DNA from: Chrysomallon squamiferum | Lineage: Eukaryota; Animalia; Mollusca | Assembly: GCA_012295275.1 (NCBI GenBank) | Contig: CM022670.1 | Coordinates: 17,670,001-17,734,000 of the forward strand | Direction of reading: 5' to 3' | DNA length: 64,000 bases | Position numbers and translations under genes: made by a program | The notes under the pieces: model-generated | What the model was told of the DNA's origin: nothing | The model's input: only the letters and a program-made list of their open reading frames with translations | The model's database searches: none | Shown: positions 39,954 through 53,808 of the stretch, piece after piece | Layout of the letters: each line of letters begins with the position of its first letter | Position numbering within the stretch: the first letter of the stretch is position 1

Positions 39954-42900
39954 CAGAGGTAAATGCGACGATTAGGATAGTGTACAATTAGTTGAATGCG
40001 ACCATTGAAAGCGGTATTTGCCTAAAAGCTTACCTATTGTTACAACTACACAGGTGAAAGCTATTTAGATACCTTTTAGCCGTGGGGAATTTCTTTACAA
40101 AAAAAAAAAAAAAAAGCCTGACTGATAGCGCAATTGGGGACATTGGACGGAACACTTTCATTACTAAATTGCCTCCGTTTTCACGCGTAACTGAAAACTG
40201 CTCGAGACAAAGTCACACGTTACACGAGTGAAAGCTGTACCAGTCTGCTTAGGTAGTTTCCTCTGCACACTCGTCACAATAGAAAACTTTGTTTACAAAC
40301 TCTAATGTCATATTTTTGTTTGTTTTTTTCATTGTCTTGGCGCCAGAATACTCTTCTGACGTCTGGATCGTGAAAAAAGTTATTGCTCATTTTATAAAAG
40401 CTTACATTATCCTTGACATGAAAAGCAATTACTTAGCTTAACGTGTTTTTTAAAGATAATGGATAAAATAATAATTTGAATTAAAAAAAGGTTTGTTGAA
40501 TAATCCTAATAATAATAATATATAAATATAAATAAATAAATAAATAAATATAAAAATAAATAAATAAATAAGTAAATAAATAAATAAATATATAAAGTAA
40601 GAGACCTTGTGTTTGTATAACAATAGATAAACTGGTGTGTGTGTGTGTGTATTTATATATGTATATATATAATTGTAAAAACTGTTATTCATTCTTCTTT
40701 TCCTACTAGTACTACTACTGTTGCTACTGCTACAACAACAACTATTACAAATAAAAATACGACGTCTTCTTCTTTTTCTACTAAGACTATTCATATTTTT
40801 GTCATAAATAGTCTAGAATTAATTTTATTTCACCGTTTGGAAACATATTATGTGTAGAATTTATGGATATTAATTTTAGTTTTATTGTTTATTTTTAAAA
40901 TAAATAAATAAATAAATAAATTTTAGTAAATAAACAAACAAATAAAAGCATTAAAAAAAATTATATCTCTTTTTAATATTTTATGAATATCTCCATAATA
41001 ATTATTATTATAAACCGTATGTCCTCAGGATAAATTACAATATAAAAATATCAACAACTGCATTAAATTAACATATAATTATCATAAAACTATGCATCCG
41101 TAATGAAATGTCCCAAGGAATAAAAGAAATAATCATTTTAATATATCAACTTCTAAATTCCCTTTAAGAAGAGAAAAAATGTTTCTATCTGAGAAACATG
41201 AAAGGTTAAGAAGTATGGAAGAAATATGCTGAGAGGGAAAGTTGAAAATCTCGATGCTGGGAGCTTCTTAGTAAACACAAAATCTCGTGCAGTGAGGAAA
41301 CTCCCAGAGGATGGGTGGTCAGGGTCATATGCATAATTAATGATGCCCGACCAGTTACGGTGTTGACTTCGGAATTATTCGGAAACTCGATACGTCTGTG
41401 ATGGACGTTTACGGGCGCGATTTGTAACGAAATGACGTAACTGTTCGTGAGCAGGAGTAATAGCAGAAGAATTAGGTTGTCAATGAATGAAATATAGCAA
41501 CACATATTTCTAATATGTGTGAAATATACTTGATAGATGTGACAGCAGTATGTATAGATATAATTTATAAACAGGTATGTTTAACGTATTTAATATATAC
41601 GATGGTATTTATCAAAAAGTACATTAACAATAATAGTAACAGTACTGATATTGATGACAATGATGAGAATAATAACTCATAAAATAAATAATTAAAAAAA
41701 GGAATAAAGTTTAAATAAAAAAAAATATATATATTAAAAAAAGAATAAATAAATAAATAAATCTGAAACGTTTTAAATCGTTTAATGAATGTTCGTTAAA
41801 TTTCGTTACGAATCTTTTGATTCACCGAAAAGTGCCGAGCGTTTCCGAAGAACGCCGAGCTGCCAGTATTGTTATGCCGGCATATCGGTTTAAGCTGGTT
41901 TAGGATTGATGACAACAATACCTATGCTTATGATCAATAATTAGCCTTATGTGGACACCTGCAAACAATTGACGATATAAATCCGATACGCGTCAAGTGA
42001 AAACTCGCGGTCGTAAAAAGTAAAACTGTAACAAGCTTTTCAATGTACTACTACTGTGTCGTAACACAATGGCGCCTACATGTATTTACAGTAAGCTATG
42101 AGTGAATGGATAAAATGAGAAATTATTAAAATAGAACAAATCTTAATCTACTTTATTTACTGGCATGAAGAACCTGGGTAAAAAAGAAACAGATGAAGAG
42201 AGAGAGAGCGAGTAAAAGAGAAAGATTTTAGAGAAGGAAAAAATGAGTAGAAAAATGGAAGAAAGAAAGAGAGAGAATGGAAAAATGAAGTTTAAAAAAA
42301 ATAAATAAATAAAATAAAAAATAAATAAATAAATCAAGAATATAAAATAAATAAATAAATCAAGAATATAAAATAAAATAAAATAAAAAAAGAAAAGAAA
42401 ACCTCGAAGAAAAAGTAAGGTAAATATAAGAAAAGGAAACAGAAAACCTCCTTTTTCAAAACAACAATGTGAGAGTGGGAACGGAACGACAGACCACGAT
42501 GTCGAGAAGGTAATAAATTACACCATATACGTACACGCGTGATGTAAGTAATGTAACGTGTGGTAACACCAGACAATGTCTATTGGTCCGTACACGAATT
42601 AACTTATAAGAGTTAACTGTTCACACGGCTGTTATACACACTTACACAAAATGTCGTTGTTAACGTTTCAAGCGTGATGGTAACAAATGAATACTTTTAA
42701 CATAAATTTAACCTTAACTGTTATCTTGTTTCAAACTTTATGTTATATTTAAAAACGATCTTGAAATTCGCTTTTGTCGAATTGTTTAGTCATTATTACT
42801 TTTAACTTCTATTCTTGGAAGACATAAATCAGTATTTTAAATATAGTATAGGCGAACATATCCGAAGATATCCGAAGATACTAATTTGCGATTAAAAACT

Positions 42901-43577
42901 GTTATTTTTTTTAAAAAATGCTCTTTTTTAAACAATGACTACAGAGACAGACAATGGTCAAACATGAAAACAGTCAGCAGACAGACAGACAGACAGACAG
43001 AGGTATATAATAAAAAGTAAAATATATGAACAAAAGGGGATTTAGGATCATGATGGAAATACAAGACTTGACAGTATTTTGTCAGCAGACGACACAGCAT
43101 CAATCTGCAGACAACAAATGTTTACATCAGAGTCGTGGTCACTTGATCAAAAGAAAACACGAAGTGGACAAGGTATTGGCCGGTTTGATATGAATTCGGA
43201 CATTGCTGGACAATGTCGTGTCAGCTGGGACTCGTGACCTGGCGCGATTTAATTAGAAGAGGTGTGGGGGGTCGTTGTACACCCCACCTAACAACGACAC
43301 GTGATCAAATTATGGATAGAGTGGGTGGTAGGATGGCCAATGTTTTTTTTTTACATTATCTACAGTTGCAGCAGAATGTTTCTTGATTTGGCTAATATTT
43401 TCTAAAACTATAAAGAACCATCGTTTTAAATAACATCAACTGCTACAATCTAAAAAAGGTTCTTCCCCATACTGCATTCCGATTGTATACATAATGTTTA
43501 TTAGATTGAAAAAATAAATACAGTTATCATCATTGTCATCGTCATAGTCATTGTCGTCGTCATTATCATCATCGTCG

Positions 43578-43615
<38 letters not shown>

Positions 43616-44209
43616 TTGTTGTTGTGGTGGTTATCAGTACTGTTATTATTTTTTATACTGTTAAATACGGTAAAATACACGATCGAAATAGCTACCAGAC
43701 AACATCAGTGACAGGTAAAAACTACTTCTGCTGATATAAACAGTTAACAGTACATACGGGTTTTACGGAATGACGTAACAAGCTGTAGATCCATGTCTAC
43801 AGAGAACTGGTAAAAATACAATCGCTAAAGAAATAGGAACAACAAACAATAAGTCCCATGGCGCCTGGACTAGAATCCGTTCGGTCAACATTTTTTGTTT
43901 CTGCCGCTGAAACGACGGCAGAAATCGAGATGACCTTTATCCTTGTTGCTGTTAGGAATTAGAGGAATGTTGAGTCGTACCTACGTTTTAATCCACAGTC
44001 AAAAACGCTCGCTTTCTAAAACCCATCGCAGCAGGTAGGTCAGGATTATCGTTCTTGTTGATACACAGCGCTGTTACCCGTTACGTCATCATTCTATGGC
44101 TTACTGGGACGGATTAGACTTTTCTTAGAACTACAATGCAGGTGGAATGAGAGATCTGTTAAAGGCTTTGTCAATACAGAAAACTTATGGTTTGTCTTTG
44201 TTCAGACAT

Positions 44210-44364
44210 GGGGCTGGATGCAGCTTAATAACAGAACACATGATGGGTCAGAAGATCAGCTGTCCTTGATACACTTATTGACCAATTTCCCGTTTCAGTC
44301 CGTGGCCCGAAAATGTATCAAAGACCAAAGTATAAGCATTACTGTTTAAAGAAAAAACAGAGGA

Positions 44365-44375
<11 letters not shown>
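44210..44375 (+). mobile_element. Degenerate tRNA-derived SINE remnant (head plus central domain)
   Basis: It begins GGGGCTGGATGCAGCTTAAT (tRNA-like head) and continues ...ATTGACCAATTTCCCGTTTCAGTCCGTGG...GTATCAAAGACC...GTGTATATA. This resembles, from memory, an abundant gastropod SINE and partly aligns by eye to the reverse complement of 5190-5285. Confidence 0.4.
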
Positions 44376-44400
<25 letters not shown>

Positions 44401-44524
44401 GAGCAGCGTACGAAATGTAGATCTGATATAAAAATTATCATTAATAGCAGCCATTATTAAAATTCTTCAGTAAAAATTATAAAAGTTAATATAATTTAAA
44501 ACATAATAGTTTTATAAAAAATAA

Positions 44525-44558
<34 letters not shown>

Positions 44559-45099
44559 TTGGCTTTTTCCAGAATTTTCTCTCTCAGTTCTTTCGTGGTG
44601 TTCAGCTACAAACACAAAACCGTTTGCTATCCGCACAAAGCATGTTTCCTGGAGATGACAGAATGACTCCATAATTCCTGCTGTTTTGTCGTAGACACCG
44701 GGTTTTAACCTGTCCCTTGCGGGGACACGAGTGTATCGTGTGTTATTATCGAGAGTTGCGGGGCTAGCGCTAAAATACAATTGTTATTATCGATATTGTT
44801 ATAAGGCCTCCACTGACTTCGTTACTGTTTTTAAAAAAATAAAAAATAAAAAAAATAAAGTAAAATGGAAAAAAAAATGGAAAAAAAAAAAAATAATAAT
44901 AAAAAAAAATAAAATAAAATAAAATAAAATAAATAAACAAATAAATAAATAAATAAATAAATAAAAATAATATCCTGTTTCATTATGTCAAAGTTCTGAA
45001 GCAACAAATGTGATATGTATTAAAACAGTGTCTTAATTGTGATATCAACTACTGAAGAAAACACCAGAACGTTTTCACATGTACACTCTCGTTTATTAG

Positions 45100-45102
45100 A
45101 AA

Positions 45103-45170
<68 letters not shown>

Positions 45171-45197
45171 CAAAAAATAAATAAATAAACAAACAAA

Positions 45198-45233
<36 letters not shown>

Positions 45234-45260
45234 CATAAAATAAATAAATAAACAAACAAA

Positions 45261-45291
<31 letters not shown>

Positions 45292-45292
45292 A
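45100..45292. repeat. (AAAT)n microsatellite with interruptions
   Basis: Read directly. Confidence 0.92.
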
Positions 45293-46199
45293 TTTATTTA
45301 TTTATTTTAACCACCCCAAAAACCCCACAACAACAAAAATCTAACAAAAACAATTCAAACAACAACAACAAAATAACTTTCTATTCGATATGGACGACTG
45401 AAATCACGCTAGGGTTATAACTACGTTTTGATAATGCTACAGTTTGTTATAAATTAACCTAGACAGTGCTTTATTAGAGAAACAAACGTACCCAGTTATC
45501 TACATTGAGAAAACAAACAACAGAGCTGTTGTCACTAATTATTTCATTACTGAGATCCATGGGCACACATTATTGAAACTATGACATTTACTAGACAGTT
45601 TTCAGAATTGTAACACTGAATGAGTTAGTGACAAACATACATAAACGTAATCTAAAGTGTATGAACTTATATTGTGTATAAGATAAAACACAGAATTCAA
45701 AGAGTTATATTACGGAAAATAAACTGATATATTTTTATGAAAATCTTCATTATTTATTTGTTTTTTTTTTGTTTCTTTTTATTTTTGGCCCATTTTATTT
45801 GTTGCTCTTACTAATTTTGTTGGATTTATTATATCTGTGATAGAAAAATGCATTTGTTTTGATTCATAATTAGATTTAAAGCTAATATTATGTAAATAAT
45901 GAAATTTTTGGGGCAGAAATCGTACAGCAATACTAACAAATAAATAAATAAACAATAACAATGCAAAGACGTAGAAGATTTGGTAACACTATAATTTGGA
46001 AGGAAGTAAGTTTTTTCTTTTAAAGATATTTTCAAATTGTGTTATTTTCCCTTCAGTAAGAAATTGCGGAGGTTTTGATTTTTTAAATTAACTTTTTTTT
46101 TTTTTTTTTTTTTTTTTCTTATTTTATTTTTTTTTTTTTTTTTTTTTTTGGTAAAGCATTAAAACATTTCTATTGTTAGACAGTTCAGATCGCTGGACA

Positions 46200-46201
<2 letters not shown>

Positions 46202-46254
<53 letters not shown>
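46202..46254. repeat. (TG)n microsatellite
   Basis: Read directly. Confidence 0.95.
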
Positions 46255-46256
<2 letters not shown>

Positions 46257-47094
46257 CGATATCAAAACATGTACTGATTAAATTTAAAAACTGATAAACC
46301 AGTTTCAAAATCGAAATGACAACAAATGCAAAATATTTTGACATTTTCTTGACATTTGGTACACCAACAATCAATGACGCAAACAATGACGTAATACAGT
46401 TTTAAAGAGATGCAGTTTGAAACGTCATATCTTTGTTTATAGAACTGACATTCAATGTTGATGGGTGTTGATTATTTATATACACGCGACAGATAACAAA
46501 AATAAATAAAGATAAAACCGACTATTACATTATCTTTGTTATACATTTACGTTAGCAACTCACAGCATAAAATTAATTTACAAATAAAATAAAATATCTA
46601 GTAATTTAAAACTTTTTTAAATATTAATTTTTAATATATAAATATATTTTCTGATCTATGTTTTTACCATTTTAAATAACTACAATTTCTGAGTTATATA
46701 CTATTAACATTCAAAATTATTTTTATATATGTCTTTCTGTGGATGATTGCATTGTATATGTATATATACGTATGTTTTATATATATGTATGGATGGATCG
46801 ATGGATGGATGATGTATTGATTGATAAATGGATCTATAGATGTAAATGTTTAATTCGCATATTTTGAGCAAAAACATTTACAGTAAAACTATGAAACCTT
46901 TATCAAAGGAAATTTAAAATATGAAAAAAGAAAGTATGTAAAAAAAAAATGACGTGTCATTATATTACTCATTACTCCATCCCTTGTTATTAACCATCCC
47001 TTTAAAAAAATTAATTTATGATAAACTGAACCGTAATTATTCCCAGTTTTTGATCTTGAAGAATTCAAAGACGCACATGACTAAGCAGGCTTGA

Positions 47095-47215
47095 TGAAAC
47101 GTCAATCAAATTTGATTGACAGCCGGGACATCGCGCTATGGCGGGAAAACGAAAGTGATCAGACTGACGTCACAAAAGAGACAGCTAGGGGATATTGATC
47201 CAATCTGCGAGCGAG
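47095..47215. promoter_or_regulatory. Candidate promoter/enhancer motif cluster (Pbx-Meis, E2F, CRE, CCAAT)
   Basis: TGATTGACAG (47113), TGGCGGGAAAA (47139), TGACGTCA (47165) and CCAAT (47200) lie within ~105 bp. Confidence 0.4.
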
Positions 47216-47389
47216 GTTGATCTTATTAGAATAAGGGAGATAAATGTTGTCTAAAATTTCCTTACATGGCGAAATTTTTGTAGTACTGTTAAAGAAATAC
47301 AAAGAGTTCACTGTTTTGAAAAATTAAAGCTATTCAAAAACATAGCTACCAATTAATCTTTGTGCTAAATTATTAAAAAAATATCGCAT

Positions 47390-47455
47390 AAATATTTTGA
47401 ACTATTCCGATTTATTCCAAAATATTTTGATCTATTCTGATTTATTCCAAAATAA
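47390..47455. repeat. 29-bp tandem duplication (AAATATTTTGA.CTATTC.GATTTATTCC)
   Basis: Two near-identical adjacent copies. Confidence 0.85.
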
Positions 47456-47671
47456 TTTAAGAAGATATTAAAAGCTAAATTAATTTTATATTCGTTAGAA
47501 CGTCACATTAATAATAATAATGATAATGATAATAATAAAACAACAAGAAAAACAATAACAATAATAATTATAATAGTAACACTATTACTGCTGCTACTAG
47601 TAGTAATTGTAGTAGTAGTAATAGTAATAGTAGTAGTAGCAGTAGTAATAGCATAATAATAATAATAATAA

Positions 47672-47702
<31 letters not shown>

Positions 47703-47791
47703 ACGAAGGAGGAGGAGGAAAGGAAAAGAAAAACAAAATATAAGTAATTAACATTTAAAAATTTGTTGCTGAGAAATCATCAGTTATTATA

Positions 47792-47837
<46 letters not shown>

Positions 47838-48378
47838 TATTATTATTATTATTAGTATTAGTATTAGTATTTAAAACAAATACTGTTGTTGATGAAAATT
47901 ATTCAGTTAACAATTATATAACATAAGTTAGAAATAACATCTTTGTATCAATATTTTACAAGTAACCGAAGGCAAAGGGAAGAGGGAGAAAAAAAAAAAA
48001 AAAAAAAAAAAAGAAAGTGCACAAAGAAAAAACTGAAGATGTCTATAAATAACTGACAACTGCTGAAAATGTTTTTTCAAAGAAATAATGAGAATTTTTT
48101 TATTTTCATTTTCGCTCTCATTCGATCTCGTATCTCTGCCGTAAACACATTTCCTCGGTATACACTTTCAAGGAAATCCTTTTTCCCCGAGTAAGACGAA
48201 CGGCGAGTATAAAAGTGGGAGTGATGACGTCATGATAGAGTACCCATCACAGGGATTAGTTTTCACTTTGAAGTCAGAGCTCGTAAGTTTGGCGAGAAAA
48301 CCGAGAGTTTAATGTAGAAACTAAGATGAAGAGAAACAAAAAAAATGATTCATTTCAGACACACCTGTCGGAAAGAAG

Positions 48379-48415
<37 letters not shown>

Positions 48416-49322
48416 AAGGGCGGACCACTCTCCCGAGAAAGCGACGTTTTATGCGTATTGTTTTAATAAATCTATATCATGACTTGAGAAATCTTGATAC
48501 TGTTGAGTATTTGAAGATGGAAAGTCGTGGAAAAAAAAAAAGAGATTATTATTTTTTTGTTTGTTAGAATATTGAAGATTCTGTTTTTTCGTAAAGATTT
48601 GTTGGAATTCTAACTTCTTGTTTTACTGAGAAGGAGTCAGCTAAGATTAGATGATGTCATACGATATTAAAAAATAGAACATAAAGTGCATTGATTTGTT
48701 TGAAGTCTTTTCTTTTTTTTAAATTCAGTAAACATTGTAAATGTGGGCACATGTATTATATGTCAGTATGTTCATGAAAAGTGTGTGAGTTATACTTATA
48801 TAATTAATTATATGAATTTTAAAATATTTAATGCTATACTGGTGTTGTTTAATATATCTGTTTCTCTGTCCGTGTATGTGTAAGTGTGTGTGTATGTGTG
48901 TGTGTGTGTGTGTGTGTATGTGTTTGGGTGTGTATGTTTATAAAAGTCTTGGAAAAGAAAATTTGTTCTAACATTTAACATGATGATGGTGATGATGATG
49001 ATAACGATGATAATGATAACTATAATAATATTAAATGTTATAATGAATTAACCACATATAACAATTTAATATCTAAATTTGTATTTGCTGAAATCAACAC
49101 CTTTTATCTGACTGTGTTTTGTTTCAGTTCAAAGGTGGACAACTCTGGCTAGACTCGTACAATGAAATATCGATGACCTTTTGGCCAGTAAACAGATATC
49201 AATTGGCCACGCCCATTTCATTGAGACTGCACGGAATGTCAAGGGGAATTTGTAATTTACTCGATGTTTATTGTTTTTATTAAGTTAAAATAAGACAGGA
49301 AATATAGAGACTTGGGTGGTTT

Positions 49323-49345
49323 TGTGTGTGTGTGTGTGTGTGTGT

Positions 49346-49417
<72 letters not shown>
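49323..49417. repeat. Compound microsatellite (TG)n(GA)n
   Basis: Read directly. Confidence 0.95.
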
Positions 49418-49419
<2 letters not shown>

Positions 49420-49601
49420 ATTTGTTACACTAATTCTGACAATGCAATATAAGAAATATTTTAAGCAGAAAGTACACATTAATAACGACGGTTTCAGTTT
49501 TGGCTCTATGCTAAAAATTAATCTGAGTTCAGCAAAAATAAGTGAATAGATATATACACCTTAATAATAAAACGACCATTATTATTATTATTATTATTAT
49601 T

Positions 49602-49645
<44 letters not shown>

Positions 49646-51116
49646 ATGTGTTTTTTGATGTTGTTGACAAGTTGTTTTCTTCTTCAAATTGTCTTTTTTC
49701 TTCTTCTATTTCTTCTTATTATTTTAGTTACTATATTTTTTCTTCTTATTATAACCGTTATTATTATTATTAGAATCTCTCCTCAGCCTGTTTATGTTTA
49801 GTTTTAGATGCGTGTTTTCACATATCACAAAACATAAAAAAAAAAAAAAAAATTTCACTGAAATCAGTTACAGAATTTTACCCAAACCGTTCAACAGAAT
49901 CAAGTCAAAAATAGTAACCATCATAATCCTGTAATCTTGGAAAGTTTGATTTTTTTCTTCTTCTTCTTCTTCTTCTTCTTCTTCTTCTCTCTTTTATTCT
50001 TTACCCGCCGCTGGCAAAGTTTGCACGGAAATTTGACGTGACTGAAGATTTACCATTCTAAACGAAATTTAGCTTTCCATCAATTTACATTTGCTTGCTC
50101 TGCTCCGCGCGTCGTGTTTGCGCCATTTCCCATTTCGGATTCTCCAAGACTTTTCCTGTGTTTTCTAGAACCGCCCCGGGGGTCGCGTCTTTGTGCCTCG
50201 TCTCCTCCAAACCCCCGAAACCAATCGCAAAGCACCGACTAGACTCTGCAGTGCCTGATAAGTTTACTTTCCATGCGATCTTGAAGAAAACTCTTCAGCG
50301 AAACGCGTCCGAATTCTGTTTGAAGATAAATTCCATTCCGCGATAATCAATTGAAGAGAATGCTTTCATTACTGGGCGTGGCCATTCGTAGGGATTTCTT
50401 CTCTATCGAGAATTGTGTGAAGAGGAATCGTCTTGTTAAATCCAATTTTACAGATATCATTCAAAGCAAGAGAAAAATTAGATAAAACTAAATTCAATCA
50501 ACATCTGCGATTTTTTTTTTCTTCTATTTTTTTTTTTTAATGTTTTTTTCAGAAGTTTTTTGATCCAGAAAAGATGTTGAATTTTTACAGATCATCTCCT
50601 CTGCTGAGGTTGTCAATAAATGTTATCAACGGAGTTAGTTACAGTTTATTGTCCTCATTTTTAGAATAACATTTCACCATAACTCTAATAATATTATTTA
50701 GTAAGAAAACGGATTCCAAATAACGAAGCAACTAACGTTAATACAAATGGTGAGTAAAAATTCCTAAATTATAAATGAATTTAACAACGGATTTATTTTC
50801 CTATGACAAACGTATTCACAGACGAAAACCACTAACGTTTTTTTTCTGTATTGGTCGCTGAAAACATAATCAGCATTGTCACAGATTAAACATTAACTTT
50901 TATAGGGATTTTTTCCAGTGATTTCGAGTTATATGAAAACTATAAATTTATGCTGATTTATAACTAAAATAATGAATGTATTGTTTTTATGTAAAATGTT
51001 AATAATGTGAAGATAAAGGTGTTTGAGACAGTAGAGTGATGTTAAATAGCGGATCAAAATAATACTGAGACAAGAACTGACGTTTAACCAAAATTTTAGA
51101 AATATTAGAAAATAGA

Positions 51117-51145
51117 TGATAATGATGAAGACGATGATGCTAATA

Positions 51146-51214
<69 letters not shown>

Positions 51215-51358
51215 TAATGTAATGTAATGTAATGTAATATAATATAACATAACATAACATAATATAATATAATATAATATATAAGGCAATATATAATAAC
51301 AATAACAACAGTAACAGCACAACAACAACAACAATAATAATAATAATAATAATAATAA
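51117..51358. repeat. Compound microsatellite (AAT)n(AATGT)n(AACAT)n(AATAT)n
   Basis: Read directly. Confidence 0.9.
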
Positions 51359-51994
51359 CGTATACTATTATAACGATAATTTATATATGTATACATATTC
51401 GAAAAGAAAACTCTATATTCGAGAGATATGTGGTAACTAAAGTTCATATCTTCAGTACTTCATAAAAATATTATTTGGACGTCACCTGTGTAGCAGCATC
51501 CTATTCTTATTTCATAACTCAGTTATTTTCAAAACTTGTAGTAAAAACATGTTATAAGAAAAACAATCGTTAGGAATACTAAATCACGAAATTTCCTTAT
51601 CTATAAACCTCAAGGAATTCTATTTTGACACAAAAGAGATGACATATTTTTATTTTTGTAATTTATTTTTTGCTTTTTGACATTTTTAAAGTTTATCTAA
51701 ATTTATTCAAAAATGATGATGATAATAATAATTATAAAAATAATAATAATAATAATAATAATTATTATTATTATTACTACTACTACTATTGCTACTACTA
51801 CTACTGCTGCTGCTACAACTACTATTATTTCTATTAGTATTGTTGTTGTTGTTGCTATTGTTATTATTATCATGAACATTATTATTATTATTAGTATTGT
51901 TATTATTATCATGAATTACTATTATTATTATTAGTAGTAGTAATAGTAATAGTAGTAGTAGTATTACTATTATTATTATTATTACTATTACTAC

Positions 51995-52054
<60 letters not shown>

Positions 52055-52397
52055 CATCATCAAAACCATTAAACCATGTTACTATTTTAAAAAGGGCAGC
52101 ATCACCGTTACCGTTGTTTTATATCTGATTTCCCACACTGAAAATAACAGGTAATAAATAATTAGACTGATTGAAATCAAAACGTTCGGTGACAGCATAT
52201 TCATCATCGTACAGTTATTTTGAGACTGTGCACGGCCTGAACACAGCATGCAGCGAGATAAACAAAACAACAAAAATAAACCCCGTTTACACTGCAGCAC
52301 ACGATCACAGACACCCCAGAGTGCAACGTCACGCGTCTTCTTCGTGTAAATATTGGCTTACTACACTTCAAAACTTTTCTACGTTAATATTTTTATA

Positions 52398-52602
52398 CTG
52401 CCATTTCTGTATATTTTTATACATACAAAGTTACGGATTAGAAATTAAAAGTATCAAAGGTGCCATTTGTGCAGATTTGTATTGACAGTATTTTATATTC
52501 ATATATTTTATACAGTCTGAAAAATGCCTTTTCTGTGTATTTTTACGCATATGGTCACGGTTTAGAAATTAAAGTCTCAAAGATGCCATTTGTACATATT
52601 TG
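52398..52602. repeat. Diverged ~80-bp direct duplication
   Basis: TGCC.TTTCTGT.TATTTTTA...ACGG.TTAGAAATTAAA.GT.TCAAAG.TGCCATTTGT occurs at about 52399 and 52525. Confidence 0.8.
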
Positions 52603-53177
52603 GCTCTTTTTCAGTAATGATCTTTTAAGGCAAATTCTTTTATGATTAACAGTAAGGAATTTTTTGAATATACTTTCATATACAATGGAAATATATAACA
52701 AAGACATTGGTACTTTTTTATTTATTATTGGTATAACTTCTCATAGGTTTGAATCGACGACAACTGATCCAATGTATCACTAAAATTTCTATCAAGAATG
52801 TTTTTTTTTTGAAGAGTCCTTATTAAGTTTGTTCTTCATTTACTAAAATTAATTTTATATCTGTTTATTTGTTAAATAAATAATAACAGTATTAAAATTA
52901 AGTGGAATATATATCTTCAATAAAGTGTAAGTATGTATTGAATATAAAACTATATATTTTTTTTATTAGAAATCTGTTAAAGTACACTGATAAAGTATTT
53001 TGAAAACATCAGGTAAACGATGTAAACAGAAAAGTGTTCGTGACAAATCTATCAATCATTCTAAATAGATCGATCTGTCAGTGTCTTGTTGACAGTACCG
53101 GAAGTCACATCCGGAAGTACAATGAAGTACGAGTTCTCTGTTTTCGTTTATTTTTATTTTTTATTCTAACACTTAGG

Positions 53178-53212
<35 letters not shown>

Positions 53213-53322
53213 AAAACATAATGATGTCTATTTACTTATCTGTAAAAAGGTAAATAAATTAGAAAGTAATAGACACATATAGATTGATAGACAGACAAAG
53301 ATAGATAGATAGAAAGAGAGCC

Positions 53323-53326
<4 letters not shown>

Positions 53327-53413
<87 letters not shown>
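53327..53413. repeat. (GA)n microsatellite
   Basis: Read directly. Confidence 0.95.
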
Positions 53414-53416
<3 letters not shown>

Positions 53417-53781
53417 CAGTTTTTTGTAACAGTGTTACTTTTAACAATAGAATATGGTTCATATTTCCTGGCAACGCCCACTTGATGCGAGCCTCTGGGC
53501 GAAAACCCGGCGCCTCATACGGATTTAACTCATGGTTTTATCAAAAAACTCTTCTCAAATTAAACGAAACGATGAAAGAAGAAAAAAAAAAATGTAAAGA
53601 AGAAAAGCGAAAAACGAGAATAATAATAATAAAAAAGGAGAAAATGTTCGGCAGAAAATTCACAGCATGAAATGAAACCACACGATTATATTCTCACTAC
53701 AAAGAAAAAAGAAAAAAAACGACGAAGAAGAAGAAAAAACCCGCATAAAACACATTAATTGTCATTTTGGTCACCGCTTAC

Positions 53782-53808
53782 GGTTTTTGCCGGGAAATAA
53801 CGAAACAT
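53782..53808 (-). CDS. Candidate alternative first coding exon of TFAP2 (MFRYFPAKT), weak
   Basis: ATG TTT CGT TAT TTC CCG GCA AAA ACC|gtaagc, phase 0, in a GC-rich island. The start context is poor and no homology was recognised. Confidence 0.17.

Noticed and set aside
43898-43924. 9-bp stem hairpin TTTCTGCCG-N9-CGGCAGAAA resembling an intrinsic terminator
   Set aside because: The context is eukaryotic and the stem is too short for a pre-miRNA. It is likely chance.
44210-44290. Possible tRNA gene at the GGGGCTGGATGCAGCT head
   Set aside because: No cloverleaf or intact B-box (GTTCRA) can be formed. It is better explained as a decayed SINE head.
50048-50056. Minus-strand ATG|gtaaat as a Met-only first coding exon
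   Set aside because: It is phase-compatible, but the donor is weak and nothing else supports it.
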